Source: a virus
Lineage: Duplodnaviria > Caudoviricetes
DNA length: 27,329 nt
IMG/VR virus record: IMGVR_UViG_3300007778_000028
Span: 1-27,329 of that record
Direction: 5' to 3' (one strand)
The translations under genes were made by a program, and so were the position numbers. Under the pieces are notes generated by a model. The model had not been told where the DNA came from. It did no database searches and saw only the letters and a program-made list of their open reading frames with translations. This document shows, piece after piece, positions 8,106 to 15,624 of the stretch (the first letter of the stretch is position 1; each line of letters begins with the position of its first letter).

Positions 8106-8657
8106 TTACCATGAATCTTTAAGCAATATCGGTTTGCGGTCATCACCACCTACGTAGCCTTTGCGCTTTAATCCGTCGAATAAATCCGACTCTCTTTTAG
8201 CAAGCATACGTGTGTCGTCGGGATTTTGTCGCCAATCCCGCCCGTACTGCCAAGCCTTGCCACTCTCGATCCAAGCTTTAATGTCGTTCAAGAGAGCTTT
8301 CTCTTTAAGCGTAAGGTCTGAAGGCGGGTCAATCAGCAGCTCGACGGTCAGTGTATTCACGTAAGTGTCGACGCGTGAATCAATGACTTTGAGTATGCCG
8401 TCTTTAGCAAGCTTCTTAGCGATCTTGTAATCTCGCTCACCTTTCTGTCGGCTCCCCTGACTCGAACCTTTGTAGAATTTGACGTCTATTACATCGCCTT
8501 TCTTACCAAACTGACGAATGAAGTTATCCTCGGTTTTTGTAAACTTAGCTGCCTCACTCACCTGAGTATCTTCAACGATCTCAGCTTTAGCAACGTCAGG
8601 GCGATAGTGCTCGGTAACCCCGCTCATCAAAAACGCGGCTTTAGATTGTACGGTCAT
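8106..8657 (-). CDS. Leader-bearing hypothetical protein
   Basis: Starts MTVQSKAAFLMSGVTEHYRPDVAKAEIVEDTQVSE. Confidence 0.8.
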   Translation of the reverse strand: MTVQSKAAFLMSGVTEHYRPDVAKAEIVEDTQVSEAAKFTKTEDNFIRQFGKKGDVIDVKFYKGSSQGSRQKGERDYKIAKKLAKDGILKVIDSRVDTYVNTLTVELLIDPPSDLTLKEKALLNDIKAWIESGKAWQYGRDWRQNPDDTRMLAKRESDLFDGLKRKGYVGGDDRKPILLKDSW

Positions 8658-8677
8658 TTTAAATACCTATGAGAGAC

Positions 8678-8699
8678 AGGCACCTACGGATAGGTGCCT
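8678..8699 (-). terminator. Intergenic hairpin, possible terminator
   Basis: Perfect 9-bp stem AGGCACCTA/TAGGTGCCT with a 4-nt loop; the U tract is weak. Confidence 0.45.
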
Positions 8700-8716
8700 T
8701 ACGACTAAACCTGAGA

Positions 8717-10066
8717 CTAAACGACGGTGAATTTGAATTTATCGTTGCCGACATTTTCAACTTCAATGTGGTCACTCATACCCGCGTAGGATACAACGAG
8801 CTTGCGACCTTTTTCCGGTAGCTTATTCGCTTCACCGCCGCCAAGTTGCTTGCTTAGTGCCAGCAAAACGTCTTCTGCATTTTTCTTAGAAACCGTTTTA
8901 CCATCAATGCCTAGCGACTTCAGACTGTTCTTCTCATCCATCTCAGCGACTGCATCGACTAGAGCCTCATCTGCCCACTTGAACAGCTTCACCGTGTAAT
9001 CTTTGTAGATAACTTCGTGATCAGCCCCGTCGCGACCGCCGATATAGCCAATTGACTTAACGTTTTTATCGTGGCGAATTTTGTTCCACTCAGCACCTGT
9101 AACAGTAATAACTTTAGGCGCTTTGGCTTTGGCTTCGGCAGTGTCAGTAGACTCCAACTGTTGATTCGACATGCGGTGAGAGAGGTAACCATAGACGTTT
9201 CGGTAAAAAGTTTCCGAATCAGTTGCGTTTTTAGCGTAATCTTTGATAACACTGAACGGCACCCAACCCTTATCCATCGCGTCAGCTAAATCTCTGTCGA
9301 ACTTTTTCGCGGAGGTACGCATCGAGTCTGCTGCGTCACGTAGCATAGAAAGTGTTTGTAGCTTTGCCTCGCGCTCAGCGCTGTCTGCTGTCCGGTTTAC
9401 ACTCATCGTGCGAAGAATATCAACCGACTTGCTGATCTGCTCGCCAACCCAAGTTTCTAGCTGGAACACGATATTGGTAATGTACATGAGGGAACTCAAT
9501 GTACCTTTACGCTTATCGGCTGGCGCGAATTTAGGGTAGAGCTTTGTCAGATCTGGATTTGGTTGCGTATTGTCGTTGATCTGTCTTTCAATCGCATCCA
9601 TGAAAAAGTCAAACTGTGGCATAAACGACTTCTTAAACCACTTTTCAAACTTTTCTAAGGCATCAATGTAGTTCTCAACTAACTTCGTTAGATCTTTGAT
9701 ATCTTTCATGTCGTGAGTTTCATCAAGTACAACGTCAGTCGACTCAATGATTCCTTTCGACCGAGCTTTCGCAAGCCCACGGAACCACGCTTCGTAGTTA
9801 ACCAAACCTGTTTCTGCATTAATGCCGAGAGCTGAACTCGGATCAGCCTTTTTAGCTGCGAAAAAAGTCGCCACGTCTGCAACGTAATTCATCGCGTAAA
9901 ATTGCTTTTCGAGACGCGAGCGTGCCGCTCCAATCCCGCTTAGATGGTTAGCCACACCTGCGAAGTCTTGTTTACTTGCAATCTCTGCGAGGCTTACAGG
10001 TTTAGCTTCGTCCAGATCGTCAGGACGGTAGTTCTCAACAACGCCCATCAATTTTTTAGTAGACAT
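8717..10066 (-). CDS. Leader-bearing multidomain hypothetical protein
   Basis: Starts MSTKKLMGVVENYRPDDLDE; internal linkers IIESTDVVLDE, QLESTDTAE and AEMDE. Confidence 0.8.
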   Translation of the reverse strand: MSTKKLMGVVENYRPDDLDEAKPVSLAEIASKQDFAGVANHLSGIGAARSRLEKQFYAMNYVADVATFFAAKKADPSSALGINAETGLVNYEAWFRGLAKARSKGIIESTDVVLDETHDMKDIKDLTKLVENYIDALEKFEKWFKKSFMPQFDFFMDAIERQINDNTQPNPDLTKLYPKFAPADKRKGTLSSLMYITNIVFQLETWVGEQISKSVDILRTMSVNRTADSAEREAKLQTLSMLRDAADSMRTSAKKFDRDLADAMDKGWVPFSVIKDYAKNATDSETFYRNVYGYLSHRMSNQQLESTDTAEAKAKAPKVITVTGAEWNKIRHDKNVKSIGYIGGRDGADHEVIYKDYTVKLFKWADEALVDAVAEMDEKNSLKSLGIDGKTVSKKNAEDVLLALSKQLGGGEANKLPEKGRKLVVSYAGMSDHIEVENVGNDKFKFTVV

Positions 10067-10069
10067 TTA

Positions 10070-10621
10070 TTAATTCACCTTTAGGTATTTAGGGTTCATA
10101 CGGTCAGCGCCGTAGATGTTGTCTTGATTGTCCTTCACTGCTTTGGCACACGTTTCAATGTACTTAAATAGTGCTTTCTGGATACGGTCGAGGTCGCCTG
10201 TCACTTTGCGCAGCTTAAGCCCCTTCAAACGTTCCATCGCAAGATGAGAGCCTTCAGGCGGATTCAGGTAGAGCGCAGACGACAGTGACTCAAACTCAGA
10301 ACGCGCATTGAACATTTCAGTTCGCGGATCAGTGGAGATCTTCAAATTATGATGAAACGGGTCGTTTTCTCGATAACCGCTCGGTAAATCCTGCTTATTG
10401 CCGATCAGACCCCAATGAATGCTCATAGATGCACCGAAGCGGGGGTTTTCCCATGCCTGAAAAAAACCGTTGGGGAAGTGCTTCTTGAACTTCGCCTCAA
10501 CTGCGTCCATGAACGCTTTGACTTCAGGAGAGTCCGGTGCGACACCGTCACTGCCTGCTTCAATTAAATTTGCGGGGCGATAGTGCTCGTTTACACCCAT
10601 CAATTTTCTCGTAATAGTCAT
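10070..10621 (-). CDS. Leader-bearing hypothetical protein
   Basis: Starts MTITRKLMGVNEHYRPANLIE; AGGAG RBS. Confidence 0.8.
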   Translation of the reverse strand: MTITRKLMGVNEHYRPANLIEAGSDGVAPDSPEVKAFMDAVEAKFKKHFPNGFFQAWENPRFGASMSIHWGLIGNKQDLPSGYRENDPFHHNLKISTDPRTEMFNARSEFESLSSALYLNPPEGSHLAMERLKGLKLRKVTGDLDRIQKALFKYIETCAKAVKDNQDNIYGADRMNPKYLKVN

Positions 10622-10670
10622 ACTAACTCCTGCGCCGCTCGACGCTCGTGTGAGGGCGCGGCGTATTGAT

Positions 10671-10979
10671 TTATTCGTGTGGGAGGGCGTTTATTAACGT
10701 TTTCAGTGCTGTGGCAATTGGACTCTGTGCAGTGAATGATTGCCCGTCGAGGTCGCAAAACCAGAAGTTGCCGTCTAATTTATAGACCGGCAATCGAAGA
10801 TCAGGGTAGTCATCTATCGAAACCATGATGGTCTCAGGCGTCACAACCTCGTAAGTGCCAAAAAACTCAGCATGACGAAAGCGCCCGTCGATATGCACCC
10901 AGACAGACTCCGTTATGCCCGACCCATCACCGCGATCAAACTCGTAACGGCTTACGCCCGCCTCAAAGGAACTGAACAT
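10671..10979 (-). CDS. Hypothetical protein (no leader)
   Basis: 102-aa ORF with GAGGT RBS. Confidence 0.7.
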   Translation of the reverse strand: MFSSFEAGVSRYEFDRGDGSGITESVWVHIDGRFRHAEFFGTYEVVTPETIMVSIDDYPDLRLPVYKLDGNFWFCDLDGQSFTAQSPIATALKTLINALPHE

Positions 10980-11010
10980 ACGGCACCTCGCGACAGTTGT
11001 TCGTAGACAG

Positions 11011-11034
11011 AAAAAAGCACCGTCTGGCGGTGCT
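11011..11034 (-). terminator. Rho-independent terminator
   Basis: Minus strand AGCACCG-CCAGA-CGGTGCT followed by a T run, directly at the stop codon of 11033..11419. Confidence 0.8.
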
Positions 11035-11419
11035 AGTTTTCACGGTAGAAATCGAAGACATACCCTTCATGTTCGTACAAGGCATAACCGTACTTTTTAG
11101 CCAACTTAGCCGCTATGCGGCGATAAACTGGGACTTTGATTGCCTCGTTCGCTGAGAACCGGAAGTAGTGCGGCTCGAATCGACGCAGTGCGTGATCAAT
11201 AAACTCGACAATGTGGTGTTTAATCTTGAACACATCTTTGACGTCGGTTTTTGTCCACACAGTATCCGGTGACACGTCACCCCACATCCGCGCCTCGCGA
11301 GACAGTGGGGCAACATTGTAATCTGAATTCAGCACGTCAATGTAGAACGTAAAAATGCTGCGGACTTCGTCATACGAGACAACGTATGCAACACCCTCAA
11401 CCTTAAAACGCTCAATCAT
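11033..11419 (-). CDS. Hypothetical protein (no leader), single-gene promoter-terminator cassette
   Basis: 128-aa ORF flanked by its own sigma70 promoter and terminator. Confidence 0.75.
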   Translation of the reverse strand: MIERFKVEGVAYVVSYDEVRSIFTFYIDVLNSDYNVAPLSREARMWGDVSPDTVWTKTDVKDVFKIKHHIVEFIDHALRRFEPHYFRFSANEAIKVPVYRRIAAKLAKKYGYALYEHEGYVFDFYREN

Positions 11420-11459
11420 CTAACACCCCTTGCCGTTGGAACCCCCAACTAACTCGGGT

Positions 11460-11498
11460 AGTATACTGCCTGATGCACTAAATGTCAACACGCTGTTC
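11460..11498 (-). promoter_or_regulatory. Sigma70-type (early) promoter
   Basis: GAACAGCGTG-TTGACA-17 bp-TATACT (-35 at 11483-11488, -10 at 11460-11465). Confidence 0.85.
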
Positions 11499-11513
11499 AA
11501 TTGGCGTCTGATA

Positions 11514-12548
11514 TTACTGCTCGATTTTGGCTTTTTTGTACAAGTTATCCATTGCGACGAAAAAGTCAGCGGTCTGGATTTCACCTTTGCTGAGCATATC
11601 GAGTGCAATTGCAATGCGTACTGCCATATCGACACCGAAAGTCTTCACATTACCTTTGAAGCCTTTGACGTCTTTCCAGACTTTATCCACAAACGCTTGC
11701 GCATCCGGTGACAAGTCGTACTCATTCGGATTAACCGCTTCGTCAACAAGTTCGGCACCTAACACGTCAGTCGCTTCAAACTCTTCACGCTTGCGGTTCT
11801 TCTTACCCTTTTTCGGAGCATTACCCATCGCAAACAGCTTCTTAGACATATGCTGATCGAATTTCGACAGATCCTGCTTGCTAGAGCGGTATTTGTTGTA
11901 GATATCGTGAGCCGCTGTTTTGTACGACCACAGCTTGCGCGACATGATCTGTAGCTCAACGATAATACCGTCGATATTCAGATCGACGTGATGCGAACCG
12001 AAGTAGCCGTATTTAGCATCGTCACCTTTGTCTTTCGACTCATAACCGACAATCATCGACTTATTTTTACGCAGAAAGTCTTTCATAAAACCTTCGACTT
12101 CAGCGGGATCGTCGAGCAAGATTGCACCGCGCACTAAGTCGTTGACGTTCTGAAAGCCCTTACCGCGCAACACAGCTTTATCAAACACCGAATCGAACGG
12201 CTTAATGCCGCTCAGCACTTTGTTTTTGCGATCTTTGAGTACGTCACGTGGCACCATTTTATTGAGCTTTTTATGCACAGCAAGCAAGGTTGGCTCAAAT
12301 TTCTTAAACAGTGACACGAGCATTGACTGAAGAACGGACTTATCTTCACCCTGCTTAATTGCCTTGTCGAGTGCCTGCACGTCGGCATCGGTAACCATCG
12401 CGGGGTTTGCCATTTCGTCAATCGCACCGAAATGCGCTTCAAACTGGTCAAGGGTTTCAAGCATCACGTCATCGAACGTGTGCACAGTGTCATCAGTCTC
12501 AACAACAGCTTTCACGTTGATCTGATCAAGAAGTTTCTTAGCTAGCAT
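11514..12548 (-). CDS. RelA/SpoT-like nucleotidyltransferase (small alarmone synthetase-like) with N-terminal leader
   Basis: IKPFDSVFDK, NDLVRG, GYFGSHH, VELQIMS and AHDIYNKYR correspond to RSH synthetase motifs Syn1-5, though divergent; starts MLAKKLLDQI. Confidence 0.7.
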   Translation of the reverse strand: MLAKKLLDQINVKAVVETDDTVHTFDDVMLETLDQFEAHFGAIDEMANPAMVTDADVQALDKAIKQGEDKSVLQSMLVSLFKKFEPTLLAVHKKLNKMVPRDVLKDRKNKVLSGIKPFDSVFDKAVLRGKGFQNVNDLVRGAILLDDPAEVEGFMKDFLRKNKSMIVGYESKDKGDDAKYGYFGSHHVDLNIDGIIVELQIMSRKLWSYKTAAHDIYNKYRSSKQDLSKFDQHMSKKLFAMGNAPKKGKKNRKREEFEATDVLGAELVDEAVNPNEYDLSPDAQAFVDKVWKDVKGFKGNVKTFGVDMAVRIAIALDMLSKGEIQTADFFVAMDNLYKKAKIEQ

Positions 12549-12559
12549 TTTAATAAACC

Positions 12560-13303
12560 TTATCGATTGCGTGGATTCCCAATTGCGTCACCATACGCCA
12601 GTGTCAGCGGTAGTAACTCAGCAATTGGAAGGTCAACTTTAAGACAGCGCGATTCCATATCAGGATCGACGAGAATTGATGATAAGAACCGGTGGTGACC
12701 GTCAAGAATGTAGTTATCTTTTGAAGCAATCAGAATCGACTTGTTCTTTACGTAATCGCGGAACGACTTAGTGCCAGATCGCGCCACAGACAACAATGAC
12801 TTATCGACGTAAATCTGCGCTTGGATTGGCTTAAGCTCTTTGACAGGTACATTTTCAAAGTACGTTTTCACGACATCATCACGATCTGACCCGTCGTGAA
12901 CCGGCAAGCCTTGCTCTAACCACTGCGCGGCGCGATCACCGGTTAGACCTTGCGGAAATGGGTTGCGCTTTGATGCGTGATCGGTGAATGGTGCACGCAG
13001 GTCGATTGCGCCTTGTGACATACGGCGCTGGAACTCCCGCACATCGTCAATATTAATCACAGGCATATCTTTACGCTTCGTCCAGCCTTTCTTAGCCTTC
13101 GCCTGTGCGAGCGCGAAGTTACGTGGGAAGTTCTCGACTTCCTCATCGAAACGGCGATTGTGAGCAAGGAATGCCAGCTGTCCAAACTCGTAGGCGTTTG
13201 CTAACTTAGTCTTAAGCAATTCCATCTGTCGATCTGATTTCAATACAGACGCAATATCGAGTTTTTCAAGCAACGTCAGGATTTCAGCAGCGCTGGTCGT
13301 CAT
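12560..13303 (-). CDS. ParB/sulfiredoxin-like domain protein with N-terminal leader
   Basis: VPVKELKPIQAQI...ILIASKDNYILDGHHRF; starts MTTSAAEILTLLE. Confidence 0.7.
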   Translation of the reverse strand: MTTSAAEILTLLEKLDIASVLKSDRQMELLKTKLANAYEFGQLAFLAHNRRFDEEVENFPRNFALAQAKAKKGWTKRKDMPVINIDDVREFQRRMSQGAIDLRAPFTDHASKRNPFPQGLTGDRAAQWLEQGLPVHDGSDRDDVVKTYFENVPVKELKPIQAQIYVDKSLLSVARSGTKSFRDYVKNKSILIASKDNYILDGHHRFLSSILVDPDMESRCLKVDLPIAELLPLTLAYGDAIGNPRNR

Positions 13304-13331
13304 GGGGTCACCTAAGTTAAAAATAGATTTG

Positions 13332-13760
13332 TTAAAGGAGTGAAGCGGACTTCGCTTTTTCGTAGTCAGACTGCCGCATCAGTACTGGGATACGGTTTAA
13401 ACCCGCGTGGTACATGGCATAAAACCGATGCCCGCCGTCGACAACCTTGAGCCGAGCGTTGACAAGCAGTGGCGGCAGTTTTGCAGCCGAGTTTATTAGG
13501 GTCTTTGCATAATCAATATTTACAGTTCGGTCTATCGCGCCAGCACTATGTTGATTCGCTCGCTCAAGTGTGCGGAAATCTAAAACAAGCAGCACATAAT
13601 CATCACCTCGCGAGGTGTCAACAAAACGCGCATGTACGTTATCTTTGTTTTTGCCGCTGAGGTAGTAGCTCTTAAGCCGTGCAACTGCGTACGTATTTGG
13701 AATAACCTCGACACTATGCACAGCCTCGAAAAGAGACAGCAGTCGGCGCGCGAGCGTCAT
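13332..13760 (-). CDS. ParB/sulfiredoxin-like domain protein with N-terminal leader
   Basis: LPPLLV...VVDGGHRFYA...G...IPV; starts MTLARRLLSLFE. Confidence 0.7.
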   Translation of the reverse strand: MTLARRLLSLFEAVHSVEVIPNTYAVARLKSYYLSGKNKDNVHARFVDTSRGDDYVLLVLDFRTLERANQHSAGAIDRTVNIDYAKTLINSAAKLPPLLVNARLKVVDGGHRFYAMYHAGLNRIPVLMRQSDYEKAKSASLL

Positions 13761-14089
13761 TTTGAGACCTTCCTAATTGACGTCAAAACCGCGCCCATAT
13801 CGCCAACCGCGAAACTAGGCTCTCCCCCGTCGCGGCTGTATAAAAAGAAGCCCACAAATCGTGGCTTATCTTTGATACCGAAAGAGACTTTATCGGTGTT
13901 GTACTTTTTGCTAGTTGAGCGACTTTTTACAAACACAGTCGCTTTTTGGCTTTTTGCCCACGAGTCGTCCCACGTAATTTCGTACGTGTCGCCTTTCTTC
14001 AGCGCATCAAACTCAGCGCGAGTCATTGCATACCTTTCAGCAACAACAGTTTCAGACAACTTCTCAAGAATAGTTTTAGCTAAAGACAT
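13757..14089 (-). CDS. Leader-bearing hypothetical protein
   Basis: True start likely MSLAKTILEKLSE (ATG 14089, AGGT RBS); ATGA overlap with the next gene. Confidence 0.75.
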   Translation of the reverse strand: MSLAKTILEKLSETVVAERYAMTRAEFDALKKGDTYEITWDDSWAKSQKATVFVKSRSTSKKYNTDKVSFGIKDKPRFVGFFLYSRDGGEPSFAVGDMGAVLTSIRKVSK

Positions 14090-14185
14090 TTTTATACCTG
14101 CGTGAATACTAGATAGGCATCTAACGTCGCACGGGGTGAGCACTCCAACGCACCGAGCGGTTTAGATGATTTTCCTAAAAAGAGA

Positions 14186-14261
<76 letters not shown>

Positions 14262-14268
14262 AAAGACG

Positions 14269-14838
14269 TTACAACGCGGGGATCGAGAGGAAACCAACAA
14301 GATTGGCAACCACCTCAGCATTTTCCACACGGTGTCCCCAAGGAAGTGGGGTATAAACAAGATTTTCAGATTCACAATAAGCAATGGTCGAATGCGGATT
14401 AACGACCTCGTCATTCATGCCAACGATGACGTGAATCGGAGCGGCGAGTTCAACTCGACGAATACGATCTAACGGCTCAAATGCAGCACGCATTGTGTCT
14501 GAAATAGGGATATCGGTGTTAGTTGCATAATCCTTCGCGGGTCGATCTCTAAAGATCTCCAGAAACGTTGCAGGATCAAGCACTGGATTTATCGCAAGTG
14601 TTGGCAAACCGAACACTTCAGAAAGCTTCATTGCGTAGAAGCCGCCCATCGACGTACCGACAATGACGGAGGGTTTAACAGAGTTAACAGTATCACAGAG
14701 TTCGCGCATCGAACGCTCGTAGTCATGCGGCGCATAACTTGGCGCATCAACTACAAGATCTAAATCGCGCAACGCAGCTACGGTCGACGAATTTCCACTC
14801 GACCCTAACCCATGCAAATACAACACTCGTTCACTCAT
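14269..14838 (-). CDS. YqiA/YcfP-family alpha/beta hydrolase (esterase)
   Basis: YLHGLGSS, nucleophile elbow GTSMGG, INP, DEVV and GH catalytic-triad motifs. Confidence 0.85.
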   Translation of the reverse strand: MSERVLYLHGLGSSGNSSTVAALRDLDLVVDAPSYAPHDYERSMRELCDTVNSVKPSVIVGTSMGGFYAMKLSEVFGLPTLAINPVLDPATFLEIFRDRPAKDYATNTDIPISDTMRAAFEPLDRIRRVELAAPIHVIVGMNDEVVNPHSTIAYCESENLVYTPLPWGHRVENAEVVANLVGFLSIPAL

Positions 14839-14861
14839 ACGAACTCCCCATCACACTAACC

Positions 14862-14900
14862 ATAATAACTCGCTTGGCTTCATAAGTCAATACGCTGTTC
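14862..14900 (-). promoter_or_regulatory. Sigma70-type (early) promoter for esterase + tRNA
   Basis: GAACAGCGTA-TTGACT-17 bp-TATTAT (-35 at 14885-14890, -10 at 14862-14867). Confidence 0.8.
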
Positions 14901-15471
14901 AGGTTATTGCTTTGTTAGGGGTTCCAAACATCGCCTTACGAATCATATCGCCGCCAATTTCACGGCGGTAGAAATAGTCATCAATCGGCTCAAGCGTATC
15001 ATTTTTCAAAATTTTCTTTGCATCGGAGACTTTGATTCTGTACTTCTTAAGCAGTTTAGGGACACGCTTTTCCAGCCAGCTAAGTAGGTGATGCGAAACT
15101 TCCATATACGAACGCTCGAACTCAGCGCGCATAATGTTTTCAAAATCAACCTTACCCGTTGGCGCATCACGATTCACAGCAACAGCGACGAGCTTACGTC
15201 CAGACTTATCTTTATAGATAATCACACACGTCACAACACCTTCGCGTACCGACAACTTCCAGAACGGCATTGTCTTGACTAACGCCGCTTTGCTTTCAAA
15301 GCCAGAGCCTTTTATGCCGCCCATTTCCTTGTAAGCAGCTTGCAACATATCCCACACCTGATCGACATATTTAAGTCTCGGATCTTGGTCTTTTATAAAT
15401 AAATTGACGTAACGCTCATGGCGCGAAATAGTCGGATTTAACCGCACTAAAATTGACTCAGCTAAGGTCAT
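14899..15471 (-). CDS. Leader-bearing hypothetical protein, possibly GNAT-like fold
   Basis: Starts MTLAESILVRL; VWDMLQAAY...GG followed by a beta-rich segment. The fold call is weak. Confidence 0.7.
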   Translation of the reverse strand: MTLAESILVRLNPTISRHERYVNLFIKDQDPRLKYVDQVWDMLQAAYKEMGGIKGSGFESKAALVKTMPFWKLSVREGVVTCVIIYKDKSGRKLVAVAVNRDAPTGKVDFENIMRAEFERSYMEVSHHLLSWLEKRVPKLLKKYRIKVSDAKKILKNDTLEPIDDYFYRREIGGDMIRKAMFGTPNKAIT

Positions 15472-15560
15472 AATATCGCCTTATTTTTAACAATACGGTC
15501 ATTCAAAAGCACACACAGCACAGATGCGCTTTTGAATATGGGTACACTTTTAGAGATCTA

Positions 15561-15602
15561 TAGAAAGGCGGGAAAAGAGCGAAAAATCGCTCTCTTCCTG
15601 CC
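15561..15602 (-). terminator. Terminator downstream of the major capsid gene
   Basis: Long stem GGCAGGAAGAGAGCGA/TCGCTCTTTTCCCGCC followed by TTTCT on the minus strand. Confidence 0.7.
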
Positions 15603-15624
15603 CCAAATTACGACTTGAAAAGGA

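Noticed and set aside
10631-10669. GC hairpin and GCGTATTGA on the plus strand resembling the promoter box
   Set aside because: Opposite orientation, no matching -10 and no U tract; may be chance or a simple stability hairpin.
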